From an uncultured virus (IMG/VR IMGVR_UViG_3300011547_000001) (taxonomy: Duplodnaviria; Heunggongvirae; Uroviricota; Caudoviricetes): 64,000 nucleotides of DNA. A model generated the notes under the pieces. That model saw only the letters and a list, made by a program, of their open reading frames with translations, was not told the DNA's origin and did no database searches. Below are positions 43,049 through 52,883 of the stretch, one piece after another. A program made the translations under genes and the position numbers. The stretch lies in IMG/VR virus record IMGVR_UViG_3300011547_000001. One strand, 5' to 3'. How positions within the stretch are numbered: position 1 is the first letter of the stretch; each line of letters opens with the position of its first letter.

Positions 43049-44350
43049 TTACTTGGCAGGACGAATAGTACCCACAGGAATACCGTCAGTCGGGTCAGCC
43101 TTCACACGCCAGGTGTAGGGCTTGATCATCGGGTGCTGGGAGACCTGGAGTTGGCCGGCCACAGAGTCGACGAACGACTGGGTGTAACGGTTGAGGATCA
43201 GCTGCTTAAAGTTCAGCTCAGGCACCACTACCGGAACAGGTCGCTTGGTCAGGTCGTCATAGGAGTAAACAACCCACTCCTGTACGTCCAGACCGATGTT
43301 CGGACGACCGTAGTTGTCCAGCGCCTTCATGACCATGCTGACCACTTCCAGGACTTGGTCACGACCATGACGCGGGTCGAAGACGTAAGCCTTTTCGATG
43401 AAGTGGCTGGCTGCCAGCAGCTGGGACTTCAGCACGTCTTCCCAGGTCCTGATGATGACTGGGTGTTCACGCAGGCGAGCACGAGCATTGGCGATCAGCT
43501 TGTTCAGACCATTGGCACCGTTGATGATCCGCTTGACCATGACCTGGGTTTTCTTCGGGTACATGTACCAGTCGTTGATGCTGACTGGATCATTACCGAT
43601 TTCGATCTCACCGGATTCTGGAAGTTTGGGATAAACCCGTTCCAGGCTGGTGATGATCTGGGTGAAATCGGAGTTACCCTTGAAGGCCAGGTAGAGGTCG
43701 TGGTCATGGCGTTCAACACACGCGCCCATGTTGCGCGCCAACGCAGTGATCTCGCCGATCTTCTCGTTCATGGTCTTACGGAACCATTCAACGGTTAGAT
43801 CCAGCGCCTCGAAGTCACCGTCGAATAGGTCGTCCATTTCGTTGGTGCCGCCGTTGGTGCAGAGCCAGGAGAGCGGCAACTCTATAGGAGCATCCAGCTT
43901 GATCTCCGGGAACATGGGAATGCCCCAGTACAGGCGGTTGCGGAAGAGGATCGTGTCGACCTCGAACATGTACTCTTCCGGTTTGAACGTGGCGATTCCT
44001 TCACCACGCGCCTTAGTCAGCAGGTCGATCACGCGTTCGTAGTCGGCCGTACGAGTGGCGTAGGTGAAAGACATCTCGCCGGCCTGGAAGCGCAGGAAGG
44101 TGACAGGCATTTCACCGAAGAAGCCGTCGTAGGTCAGCGCATAGGTATCTTCGGAAACCTCGGGGTGCTTCACCGCGAAGAAGTGACGGAGAGCGAAGAC
44201 CTCTTTACGGGCTTGTGGGTCCAGGACGTCGATGTAATGTCCGGTGTGTTCTGCGTTAATTTCCTTGGGTTCATCCAGGAAACGCACCATCCTCATCCCG
44301 TGGAAGATGTGTTCTTTACCGGTGAATTCGATTTGTTCAGACATGTGCAA
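43049..44350 (-). CDS. Hypothetical protein (~430 aa)
   Basis: Long codon-biased ORF. Confidence 0.8.
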   Translation of the reverse strand: MHMSEQIEFTGKEHIFHGMRMVRFLDEPKEINAEHTGHYIDVLDPQARKEVFALRHFFAVKHPEVSEDTYALTYDGFFGEMPVTFLRFQAGEMSFTYATRTADYERVIDLLTKARGEGIATFKPEEYMFEVDTILFRNRLYWGIPMFPEIKLDAPIELPLSWLCTNGGTNEMDDLFDGDFEALDLTVEWFRKTMNEKIGEITALARNMGACVERHDHDLYLAFKGNSDFTQIITSLERVYPKLPESGEIEIGNDPVSINDWYMYPKKTQVMVKRIINGANGLNKLIANARARLREHPVIIRTWEDVLKSQLLAASHFIEKAYVFDPRHGRDQVLEVVSMVMKALDNYGRPNIGLDVQEWVVYSYDDLTKRPVPVVVPELNFKQLILNRYTQSFVDSVAGQLQVSQHPMIKPYTWRVKADPTDGIPVGTIRPAK

Positions 44351-44352
44351 CC

Positions 44353-45552
44353 TTACTCCTGGGTAGATTTTTCTTTACGAAGGTGGGCTTCAACACGATC
44401 CAACTCAGCTTCGTTCAATTCGTAGAAACTGTAGAAGTCCCGATCATTACCGTTTGCCATACCATGGCACGTCTGTTGATAAGTCTCGGTAAGTGTGACG
44501 AAGTTGAAGTGCAGCCCTTCCGCAATCTCGAAGCGCACAAAGGTATGCCATTCACCTGGTTGCATTGCGATACCAATATCGGCAACGACGATCTGTGGGA
44601 AGATCTGGATGGAGGCTGGGAAGCGGTGGTGGATAAAGGCATAGAGCCCGTTGAGTTCGTCGGCCTGTTCTTGGCTGCAAAGCAACATCCCTGGGCCCAA
44701 CACCCGGTCTACCCCAGGCAGACCAGCAAAGGAATCCGTCTCCACCACGGTTGTCAGTCTTTTGACAAGCTCTTCTGAGGATTGCACCCCCAGACCCAAG
44801 GGAGGGGTTGTGTAGGTGGCAAATGGTGGGCGGTCGATAGAGTCCTTGGTACCCTCGTAAATGAAACGGGGTCTGTTAACGTTGTTCCTCAGACGAAGGC
44901 GTGGGCGCCCGCTGTTCTCGTCATCGGCATGGCTTTCTTTCAGTCTGTCGTACAGACGGTTACCTAACGTGACCATACGGTCCATGATAGGGGTTGCGAA
45001 CATCTCCAGCATCTCTGGACTTGCTTCTGTAGCCAATGGGTTACGGTGGTCCAAAGCTCCTGGCCAAATGGGTGGGTGAACAATCCCCTCCAAATCAACG
45101 ATGCCACCTGGTAAACGAGGCTTGAAGTAGATGATCAATCCACCCAAGGTGAACTCGTCCTTGGCCTTCTCGAATTCGAAGAAGAGTTCCACGTTGGAGC
45201 CAGTACCGCACCAGGCAATGATGTTACCATCGGAGCAGTGTTCCCAGTCGGTCACCGAAGCCAGCGATTTGTCATTAACATCCTGGCAGATGTAATGGAA
45301 GTCGAACTCCTTCAGCCAATAGCTATAGGACGTCGTCTCCAACTGGAAACGAATCCAGAAACCGGGGAAGGTGTCCAACACCCCTGGATACGAATAGATT
45401 TCAGGCACCTCAGCAATCATGGGGTGCATGCGCTGGAAGATCTTGTGGAAGGTCTCCGCCCCCTTTACCAAATACGGACTACCGCCACCCTTCACGAAAT
45501 GCGGGTTCAAATCGCTGGCACCGTGGTGGTTGGTCATTTGTACTAATTTCAT
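44353..45552 (-). CDS. Hypothetical protein (399 aa)
   Basis: AAGGAG SD; long ORF. Confidence 0.8.
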   Translation of the reverse strand: MKLVQMTNHHGASDLNPHFVKGGGSPYLVKGAETFHKIFQRMHPMIAEVPEIYSYPGVLDTFPGFWIRFQLETTSYSYWLKEFDFHYICQDVNDKSLASVTDWEHCSDGNIIAWCGTGSNVELFFEFEKAKDEFTLGGLIIYFKPRLPGGIVDLEGIVHPPIWPGALDHRNPLATEASPEMLEMFATPIMDRMVTLGNRLYDRLKESHADDENSGRPRLRLRNNVNRPRFIYEGTKDSIDRPPFATYTTPPLGLGVQSSEELVKRLTTVVETDSFAGLPGVDRVLGPGMLLCSQEQADELNGLYAFIHHRFPASIQIFPQIVVADIGIAMQPGEWHTFVRFEIAEGLHFNFVTLTETYQQTCHGMANGNDRDFYSFYELNEAELDRVEAHLRKEKSTQE

Positions 45553-45576
45553 GCGTTACTCCTTAAGGACAAGTCC

Positions 45577-48411
45577 ATGTTGAATTTGTTTGCTGTAGCC
45601 GTTAAACAGGCGGGGGTGTTCANNNNNNNNNNTGTTTCGTACAAAGCGTTGGCAACGGACATCGAAAAGTATTACAGCACCTCGTTGATCAACAAGTACA
45701 TGTCGAAACGAGAAACCTGGGATACCATCAAGGTCCATGATTTCTTCTTGCTGGAATTGCGCGACATCCTGGAAGCGCTGTTACAGGTACGTAACCTGCG
45801 TAGCCGCAGGCGTGACCTGTCGCAATTGAAACACCTCATCGAGACCGAGACCTGGGTTAAGGATACAGTGATCCCTACTGGTCCTTCTTTTGACTTCAAG
45901 AAGCTGAATCGCTTCAAGACGAAACTCTACATCACTCAACGGGAGTTCTTGGAACAGTATCCTGTTATCACCCACAGTTACCACCTGAAAGGACTGGCCC
46001 TAGATGCCAAGGCAGGCAGTGGCAAAGCCATGCCGCTTAATACACTGGTAAAGGTACCGGGTGGCTGGCACAAGTTGGGTGAGCTTAGTATAGGTAGTCC
46101 AGTTGTAGGACCCAAGGGCAACATCGCCACGGTTACTGGCGNNNNNNNNNNTTATCCACAAGGGCTTACTGAGGTCTACCGCTTCCACTTTGAAGATGGC
46201 CGTCAGGCAGATTCTCACCCTCTTCACTTGTGGGAAGTGATTGAATCTGATTTGGGGGATGAGCCTAATCAAAGGGTTAGTATCACCACCACCCAGGACA
46301 TCGTTAACCACTTCATGCAGTTCGGCTACTCGTTGCCGCTGGTGAGCGAGATTGGCGGAAGTGATACTCCGCCTAGCGTTAATGCTAAAAACATCGTAGA
46401 CGCCCTTGTAGAGCCTGGAGCGGTGTTTGATGAAGCACTGCTGGAACTTCCTTACAACGACCGCCTGGATATACTCCAGGAAATTGTGGCAACCACTACC
46501 TGCCATGTGAGCGAGGGTAATCTGGCTCTGTTCGCTGATGACCTTCACGTCGCCAAAGCGTTCCAACGGTTGATATGGAGTGTTGGCGGGACGGCGAAGT
46601 ACGGAACGCGTGGCAGTAAGCACGTCGTCTTCTTCAAGCACCGTGAAGCGCGCTACATCATTGCGGTGAAGACGCCCGGCTACCTCGACGACGATTACTT
46701 CACTCCGAAAGGATTGAAGATCACGTCCGTGGTTAAAGTGGACCCCCAAGAGACGCTGTGTATCAGCATCGACAGTGAGGATAAACTCTTCGTTGTTGAT
46801 GACTACGTGGTTACTCACAACACGTTTACAGCGCTGGTATGGTCGCAGTTGGTTAGCGATAACCCCACCATGGTTCTGTGTCCTCTGAATATCGTGGACG
46901 AGGTGTGGATAAAGGAGCCCCTCAAACACTTCAATCGCCCTCCTAAGGTCTGGACGTCCAAGTCAGGACTGCCATTGAAAGAAGGGTATGATTACTACAT
47001 CGTACACTACGACTACCTCCAACGTGAAGGCTACGGACTCCTCACCAAGTTCCTCAAGGCGTATAAGGACAAGCACAAGGAAGGGTTAGATCTCATCGTA
47101 GACGAGTCGCATAACTTCAACGAGATCAAAGCCAAGCAGACGCAGCGGCTTATCGAGTTGTGCGATGCGGATTTGTTCGGTAATGCGCTTCCAATGTCGG
47201 GCACACTGTTTAAGGCATTGGGTCGAGAAGTCTTCCCGATCATGTGCATGATTGCCAAGAACTTCGATCAGTATGCACGGGCTGGTTTCGAAGGGAGTTA
47301 CGGGCGTAATCGTCCTGCACTCATGGACCTGCTGTCTAAAAGAATTGGCCGCAGTAAGTTCACCATTCCAGAGATTCAAGGAATGGGTGAGGCTCCTCCG
47401 TTTGAGATCATCAAGGTTCAGTTCCCTGGCAGTGACCGTTACACGCTGGATGCGATTCGGCTGCAAATGCAGACGTACATCTCGGAGCGTATGCGGTTCT
47501 ACAACAAGCACATGCCTGAGTTCATCGAGTTCTACAACGACGTGATTGGTCGTTATGAATTCTCCATCCAGAAGTACCCCAAGGACCTGGCGGACCTACA
47601 ACGCTATAAGGCGATTGTTAACCGCTTCCGTACCCAGGGGTATAACAACTTCACGGATGCGCCTGACAGCGTGTTCTGTAAGGCTGTGGAGGAGGACATC
47701 GAGCGTGGGCTCAGGGGGCGTGAGTTGTCTGACTTCCGCAGTATCAAGTCAGCGGTGAAGTACCTGGGGCTTAAGCTGCGCGGTGAAGCATTGGGTAACG
47801 TGTTGGGGCGTGCTCGCATTGAAGCGATCAAGGAAATGATCTCTCATGCTAACCTTGAGAAATATATTCTGGACGTTGAGAAGAAGACCCTCATCTTTAC
47901 GTCCTACGTGGAAAGTCTCAAGATAGCTCAGGACGACCTAGGGGCTAAGGGTTTCAACATGGTAACTGTCTACGGCGAGAACAGCCATGAACGGGACGCC
48001 ACTGTTGAACGTTTCAGGAACGATCCAAATGTCAACCCGCTGGGCGCTACGTACGAGAGCCTACGGGAAGGTTATCCGTTGATCATGGCCAACCAGATCA
48101 TTGGGCTGGATTCTCCGTTCAGGGACTACATCATCAAGCAAGTGAAGGCCCGTATCTGGCGGATCGGACAGGACGCACCCCAATGCTACTTCCGGATGTT
48201 GGATATGGATACAGGAGACAAACTGAATATCCTGACGCGCAGTCTGGACATCCTAGCCTGGAGTAAAGAACAGGTTGATGCTCTCCTGGGTAACGTGGAT
48301 AACTCCGCGGTGTTTGCGACGGTGACGGGCGAAGAAGCGTTTGAGTACAGCTACGAGCCCATCCCGGTTCCGCTTGATGGTAGTAACTGCGCGCTTGCTT
48401 TGTTTGTCTAA
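45577..48411 (+). CDS. SF2 (SNF2/DEAD-like) helicase containing an intein
   Basis: Walker A AGSGK|T, Walker B IVDESHN, motif III MSGT and motif VI QVKARIWRIGQ. Confidence 0.9.
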   Translation: MLNLFAVAVKQAGVFXXXXVSYKALATDIEKYYSTSLINKYMSKRETWDTIKVHDFFLLELRDILEALLQVRNLRSRRRDLSQLKHLIETETWVKDTVIPTGPSFDFKKLNRFKTKLYITQREFLEQYPVITHSYHLKGLALDAKAGSGKAMPLNTLVKVPGGWHKLGELSIGSPVVGPKGNIATVTGXXXXYPQGLTEVYRFHFEDGRQADSHPLHLWEVIESDLGDEPNQRVSITTTQDIVNHFMQFGYSLPLVSEIGGSDTPPSVNAKNIVDALVEPGAVFDEALLELPYNDRLDILQEIVATTTCHVSEGNLALFADDLHVAKAFQRLIWSVGGTAKYGTRGSKHVVFFKHREARYIIAVKTPGYLDDDYFTPKGLKITSVVKVDPQETLCISIDSEDKLFVVDDYVVTHNTFTALVWSQLVSDNPTMVLCPLNIVDEVWIKEPLKHFNRPPKVWTSKSGLPLKEGYDYYIVHYDYLQREGYGLLTKFLKAYKDKHKEGLDLIVDESHNFNEIKAKQTQRLIELCDADLFGNALPMSGTLFKALGREVFPIMCMIAKNFDQYARAGFEGSYGRNRPALMDLLSKRIGRSKFTIPEIQGMGEAPPFEIIKVQFPGSDRYTLDAIRLQMQTYISERMRFYNKHMPEFIEFYNDVIGRYEFSIQKYPKDLADLQRYKAIVNRFRTQGYNNFTDAPDSVFCKAVEEDIERGLRGRELSDFRSIKSAVKYLGLKLRGEALGNVLGRARIEAIKEMISHANLEKYILDVEKKTLIFTSYVESLKIAQDDLGAKGFNMVTVYGENSHERDATVERFRNDPNVNPLGATYESLREGYPLIMANQIIGLDSPFRDYIIKQVKARIWRIGQDAPQCYFRMLDMDTGDKLNILTRSLDILAWSKEQVDALLGNVDNSAVFATVTGEEAFEYSYEPIPVPLDGSNCALALFV
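46027..46821 (+). mobile_element. Class 3 intein in the helicase Walker A motif
   Basis: Starts AMPLNTLV (Ala1), block B HPLHLW, block F ETLCISID, ends VVTHN|T. Confidence 0.9.
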
Positions 48412-48430
48412 ACAAAAAGAAAACCAATAG

Positions 48431-48458
48431 CCTACCTCTGCCCTAGGGCAGAGGTAGG
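48431..48458. terminator. 28-bp perfect palindrome/bidirectional terminator
   Basis: CCTACCTCTGCCCT|AGGGCAGAGGTAGG between convergent genes. Confidence 0.85.
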
Positions 48459-48468
48459 TAAGGAATTC

Positions 48469-48762
48469 TTACTCGGGACGCGGTTCGGTCCAGCCGGATT
48501 GTTCGGCGTAGAAGAGTTCGTCGTCTTCCTCTTCTTCGTCATTCCAGCCAGCGTCGTCAGCCAGCGTCGTCATGTCGTTGCGCACTTTGCTGATTTCACG
48601 GTCAGTCTGGTTTATCTGGTTGCTGATGTCGTCGGTGTTTTCGTTGGCGTAATGACGACGAGAGTACTCATCTTCTTCGTCAGCGCGGCGAATTTCCAAA
48701 GATTGTTCTTTGGCTTCGAGTTCGGCGTACTCGGCTTCGTATTGTTCTTGAGTCTTGGTCAT
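48469..48762 (-). CDS. Small highly acidic protein (97 aa)
   Basis: AAGGA SD; roughly one third Asp/Glu. Confidence 0.8.
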   Translation of the reverse strand: MTKTQEQYEAEYAELEAKEQSLEIRRADEEDEYSRRHYANENTDDISNQINQTDREISKVRNDMTTLADDAGWNDEEEEDDELFYAEQSGWTEPRPE

Positions 48763-48816
48763 AGCGGTATTCCTTAAAAGAAGAGGGAGGGGTTATCCCC
48801 TCCGGATGTTTGGTGA

Positions 48817-49224
48817 TCAGAAACGACTGTACTCGATTTCTTCTTCGGACATGCCATCGTAGAAGTGATCGATGGTCTTCTGCTCGTGAACAACTTCCCC
48901 ACGATCCCATGCCATCAGCATCCGTGACTTGTGATCCACGGATACGAAATAGCAAGGATAAAGTGAGGACAACATCTGACCCAATGGTTTAATGTCTTCC
49001 TTCTTGAAAGGATAGACGTAAATCTGAGCCCCGCCCATATCCACAACCAGCTTAAGGTCATCGAAGAACTGAGGAATTTCTTCCGCCTCTTCGCACTCAA
49101 CCCCCAGCTGTTCCGCGCGCCAGTCTTCAAGCGCAAAACGAACGTCACCCATCTTGCCAATGACAATGTTGCCGAAGTTCAGCTCGAAGCCGCACGCAGC
49201 CATACGAATCAAAGCCTTAGCCAT
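48817..49224 (-). CDS. Hypothetical early protein (135 aa)
   Basis: AAGGAG SD. Confidence 0.8.
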   Translation of the reverse strand: MAKALIRMAACGFELNFGNIVIGKMGDVRFALEDWRAEQLGVECEEAEEIPQFFDDLKLVVDMGGAQIYVYPFKKEDIKPLGQMLSSLYPCYFVSVDHKSRMLMAWDRGEVVHEQKTIDHFYDGMSEEEIEYSRF

Positions 49225-49235
49225 GGAAAATCTCC

Positions 49236-49541
49236 TTACAGATAACGAGTGGCGAATTGAGGGTCTTCAGACATCAGCTTGAGCAGCGAAGGACTCCCCT
49301 TAACGAGCGGGCTCATCTTCACATCGAACACGCCACCCTTACGGATGTGCATAGTGCCCAACTGGAATCCGTGTTCATCGCTGGCGAATTCGATGAAGTC
49401 ACCCTCGTTGCAGTAGGTCATAGCCAACTGCATCATGCGAGGCATCGCGGTGTCGAGGTAGCTGTACCGACGAACCATGATGATATCCTTGGATTTACCA
49501 CGCGTCATGGTGGCAACAATACGGCGAGGATTAGTAGTCAT
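49236..49541 (-). CDS. Hypothetical early protein (101 aa)
   Basis: GGAG SD; first gene after an early promoter. Confidence 0.8.
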   Translation of the reverse strand: MTTNPRRIVATMTRGKSKDIIMVRRYSYLDTAMPRMMQLAMTYCNEGDFIEFASDEHGFQLGTMHIRKGGVFDVKMSPLVKGSPSLLKLMSEDPQFATRYL

Positions 49542-49583
49542 GGGATTACTCCAAATGTGAAAGACATGATTGTCTTATTCACA

Positions 49584-49620
49584 CTGGTTATATAGGTTTA
49601 AAAAGAAATGCAACTTAAAT
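49584..49620 (-). promoter_or_regulatory. Putative phage early promoter, extended form
   Basis: Minus strand ATTTAAGTTGCATTTCTTTTTAAACCTATATAACCAG. Confidence 0.75.
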
Positions 49621-49651
49621 ATTCCTGCTACCCCTAGGGGTAGCAGGAATA
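49620..49651. terminator. 32-bp perfect palindrome/terminator
   Basis: TATTCCTGCTACCCCT|AGGGGTAGCAGGAATA. Confidence 0.85.
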
Positions 49652-49658
49652 CTAGTCC

Positions 49659-50792
49659 TTAGAACATACGCTCCTTGAAGTCAACAACCTCGAAATGGTT
49701 ACCTCCGCGCAGAAGCACTACAGGGTGCACCGCCTTGTCGTAGAACTCCGTGGTTGGGTAGATCGTATCGCGGGTGTATTCCAGTCCTTCATAGCCGCGG
49801 TCGTCACGCAGCGCTGCCAGGATTTTGCTAACCAGCTCGCTGATACTGTGTCCCCGGAGAATGTTGGGGAAGTGTTGCTGGAGTGTGGAGACCTGTTCGT
49901 GAACGTACAGGAACTTGACGACTTCAGGGGTGTCCTGGAAGATAACCCGGGGCAGCTCGAACGAGATGTCCTGGATAGTCTTACGCAGTGGTGGGGAGGA
50001 GAACCCGTAGTCTCTGAGCTTGGGACGAATGGGTTTCTGCGGTTCCACCATGACGCCAGAGCCGTTACGGCTGGTCTGGTAGAGGGAAACACCGCGGTAG
50101 TCCGCGTCGGCGCCATTACAGCGAATAACGTTAAGCAGACCGATCGGGAATTCCTCGTCGACGAAAGGAGCACCAGCAATTTGTTCCAGCGTACCGATAA
50201 CGATCAGGCTCCAGCCAGTAACCAGTGGCAGTGGGGTGGAGGGGAACGTAGCCGGAAGGCTGTCCAGCACGCTCTGGAGAGTAGCTCCGTTGATAGGCCA
50301 GTGACCCGCCATATAACGGTCGTTCAGATAGCGCGAAATGATCGCCACTGGATTGTGGTCACCGCCCGCGGACATGAACGGAGACAACAGATGAAGAACA
50401 TCCACGACCAACGGATACTCTTCTTGCCCAGGGCCGGTATGGACTGGGTATTTACGCCCGGGGTGTTTGGACAGGAAATTGACAACGGAGCCCAGGGTTT
50501 TGAATTCACGAAGCTCACCAACGAGATCGGTCGGATCCAGCTGGTCGATGGTCCTTACGGAGAAGAAACAGGCAGTCAGGTTTTCCTGATACTCGCGTTC
50601 TTCAGTCCCTGGGAAGAAACCGAGCGAGGTGAAACGGGCTTCTGGTTTCACCTCGGCACTGAGACGGTGTTCTTTGTCCAGGATCCCGACGAACTTCAAA
50701 AGCTCTTCGCCGTGCGTTTCGAACTGGTCAGCCACAGAGCGCGCCCAGATCTTTTCCATTTCGTCGAAAGTCTTACCTTGTGACATGGTCAT
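49659..50792 (-). CDS. Hypothetical protein (377 aa)
   Basis: Long ORF with ATGA coupling. Confidence 0.8.
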   Translation of the reverse strand: MTMSQGKTFDEMEKIWARSVADQFETHGEELLKFVGILDKEHRLSAEVKPEARFTSLGFFPGTEEREYQENLTACFFSVRTIDQLDPTDLVGELREFKTLGSVVNFLSKHPGRKYPVHTGPGQEEYPLVVDVLHLLSPFMSAGGDHNPVAIISRYLNDRYMAGHWPINGATLQSVLDSLPATFPSTPLPLVTGWSLIVIGTLEQIAGAPFVDEEFPIGLLNVIRCNGADADYRGVSLYQTSRNGSGVMVEPQKPIRPKLRDYGFSSPPLRKTIQDISFELPRVIFQDTPEVVKFLYVHEQVSTLQQHFPNILRGHSISELVSKILAALRDDRGYEGLEYTRDTIYPTTEFYDKAVHPVVLLRGGNHFEVVDFKERMF

Positions 50793-51127
50793 TCTCCGTT
50801 TAGGTAGGTCTTTTCAATATAGTCGAGCGCTTCGACCAGCGAGTCAAAACCAGGGCGGAAGTCGCCCGGTTCGGTGTCTTCAAAATTCAATTTCCAACCA
50901 CGCCAGTCATGTTGCCGCTGAACAATTTTGAAATCATTAAGGTCAATGTTGTGTGTCGAGTACCGGGCCTCAGAGCTCAGATAGATCATTTCACCGATGG
51001 CGGTGACTCGACGCTGGATATCTTCTAACCGTTCTTTATTTTCAGCGACTTCCTTTTCGAAGTGAGCAGCGTTTGCTGCATCAAGATCGGCTTCAGATGG
51101 ACATGGTTTTATTTTCTCCATCACCAT
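50789..51127 (-). CDS. Hypothetical protein (~110 aa)
   Basis: AAGGAG SD within the upstream gene. Confidence 0.7.
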   Translation of the reverse strand: MVMEKIKPCPSEADLDAANAAHFEKEVAENKERLEDIQRRVTAIGEMIYLSSEARYSTHNIDLNDFKIVQRQHDWRGWKLNFEDTEPGDFRPGFDSLVEALDYIEKTYLNGE

Positions 51128-51671
51128 TCTCCTTGGGTTGTTTGGTGGCCATGGTGAGTAACCGATTAAGATCGGAATTGTCGATTGGTGTATGGACGAG
51201 TTCTTCTTTGCCGAACAGGCGCTTCACCAACAGCTTGAGCCTGTGCCAGCGGGTGATCTTTTTGAGCGGAGGATGTTTGATGTCGGGCTCTCCGTTATAG
51301 AGCTTGTTGTAGTAGACCCATTCTCCACCGCGACCGTCGATGCTGGCATTGAAGTGCTGGAGATAGGCCGAGTGGCCACGCTGGGTCAGCGCATTAACCA
51401 GCGTATCGAGATCATGGTAATTGAGCACGTAGAGCGTGTTGTGAACAAGGTAGCTGTTGTAAGACGCCTTGGTGCCATGGACAACCTTTACGCGCATATC
51501 CTCTACGAAATGCACTACCTTGACGCGTTTGGGAGTAAGGCCCAACAGTAATAGGACCTCTTTACGAGCCAGGCACTTGACACCACCAACGGTAGCCATC
51601 ATCAATGGACCGTAAGTGAACTTGCTCCCCCTTGGATGCCTTACAACAATTTTAACCGGCGGTTTAGCCAT
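51093..51671 (-). CDS. Hypothetical basic protein (~192 aa)
   Basis: GGGAG SD before MAKPPVK. Confidence 0.7.
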   Translation of the reverse strand: MAKPPVKIVVRHPRGSKFTYGPLMMATVGGVKCLARKEVLLLLGLTPKRVKVVHFVEDMRVKVVHGTKASYNSYLVHNTLYVLNYHDLDTLVNALTQRGHSAYLQHFNASIDGRGGEWVYYNKLYNGEPDIKHPPLKKITRWHRLKLLVKRLFGKEELVHTPIDNSDLNRLLTMATKQPKENGDGENKTMSI

Positions 51672-51730
51672 TACTCCCTTCCCTGTGTTGATTAAATACA
51701 AAATATAGAAAAGCGCGTATAAAAGAAATA

Positions 51731-51754
51731 CGTTAGGGGCCTAGGCCCCTAACG
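51731..51754. terminator. 24-bp perfect palindrome/terminator
   Basis: CGTTAGGGGCCT|AGGCCCCTAACG. Confidence 0.8.
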
Positions 51755-51755
51755 G

Positions 51756-51947
51756 TTACAGCAGGCCCATCAATCCGGCGAGCTTTTCAACAGCGAGGTA
51801 CAGCGACCACGGAGTCCAGATAGCGAAGAGGGTAGAGATAACACCCTTAGCCAGCACAATCCCGTAGAAGTACAGGAACACGAACAACACGATTACAGCG
51901 AACTTGAAGTTGCTGAAACCGAAAACTACCCTGACGCTATTTGCCAT
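51756..51947 (-). CDS. Small two-TM membrane protein (63 aa)
   Basis: MANSVRVVFGFSNFKFAVIVLFVFLYFYGIVLAKGVISTLFAIWTPWSLYLAVEKL... Confidence 0.7.
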   Translation of the reverse strand: MANSVRVVFGFSNFKFAVIVLFVFLYFYGIVLAKGVISTLFAIWTPWSLYLAVEKLAGLMGLL

Positions 51948-52104
51948 AACGTTTAAGCCCCCGTAGGCGTTCGACGTTGTTGTCGATGAGGATATCGAGC
52001 TGCCTGGCGCGTGTGTACTCACCTTGTCTCAGTGCTACCCGACGAAGGTGCATTTGTTTCTTGATTGCACACCCAAGCACGCGGATCTGTTCCTTTACTT
52101 GCAT
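51937..52104 (-). CDS. Small basic hypothetical protein
   Basis: Tightly packed in the early cassette; probable start MQVKEQ. Confidence 0.6.
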   Translation of the reverse strand: MQVKEQIRVLGCAIKKQMHLRRVALRQGEYTRARQLDILIDNNVERLRGLKRYGK

Positions 52105-52106
52105 AG

Positions 52107-52343
52107 CTACACCCATGGGTTGAGATTCCTCGAAAGGCAATTGGGGTATTGAGCGTAGTATGCGGTTGCCAGTTTGTCGGCATTTTCAGCGACCTGAACA
52201 CCCTGTTCGTGGAAGTAGTCCCGTTGGGTGGTATCTGGGGTGTTGGCACTGAGGTTGAACAATTGACCAGCTTGTGCGTATGCGTTATCCATCTCAGCCT
52301 TCTTAGCCAAACGCGCACGAATTTCTGTTACGTCCATCATCAC
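52107..52343 (-). CDS. Small hypothetical protein (78 aa)
   Basis: AAGGA SD. Confidence 0.7.
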   Translation of the reverse strand: MMMDVTEIRARLAKKAEMDNAYAQAGQLFNLSANTPDTTQRDYFHEQGVQVAENADKLATAYYAQYPNCLSRNLNPWV

Positions 52344-52362
52344 TTGTTATCCTTACAGTGAG

Positions 52363-52470
52363 TTACAAGAAAAGCTTGACAACCCGAGCGGTCTCCAAAA
52401 CACAAGAGACAAAGAAACCGCCCAGAATCAAGCAGCCCGCTATAAAAGCTAACAGGCTAATGACTTTCAT
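52363..52470 (-). CDS. 35-aa hydrophobic membrane peptide
   Basis: MKVISLLAFIAGCLILGGFFVSCVLETARVVKLFL*; GAGGA SD and ATGA overlap with the upstream stop. Confidence 0.6.
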   Translation of the reverse strand: MKVISLLAFIAGCLILGGFFVSCVLETARVVKLFL

Positions 52471-52883
52471 TCCGAGTCCTCGTTTACACTGATACAATAG
52501 TTCTCAGTGCTGTACATGAACTTACCTTTGATATACTTGGCATACGCCCATGCCTTTTCTATCAACTCCTGAGATTGAATGGCGCAGTACTCCCGCATGT
52601 GCGTCGACTCGAAGTGTTTTGCTTCTTCGCGACTCGCTTCAGCGGCGTTGACGTGCTCGATAACTTTATTAATCCAGTAGTTGTCACCGAGTTTAGCCGT
52701 TACATCGAACCCCTCAGGAATAGGTGTTCCCCAAGGTACATTTTCCATAGGGACGAACTTATGGAACTTGGTCGCATTGTCTACGATCCAAGTATTCTTC
52801 GTAGGGATGGGCGTGGGGTTATTCCTTTCGGCCTTACGCTTACGCTCCTCCCGCCACGCCTGCATATCAACTACTTTCCCCAT
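52467..52883 (-). CDS. Hypothetical protein (138 aa)
   Basis: Start MGKVVDM after a GGGGG SD-like tract. Confidence 0.7.
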   Translation of the reverse strand: MGKVVDMQAWREERKRKAERNNPTPIPTKNTWIVDNATKFHKFVPMENVPWGTPIPEGFDVTAKLGDNYWINKVIEHVNAAEASREEAKHFESTHMREYCAIQSQELIEKAWAYAKYIKGKFMYSTENYCISVNEDSE

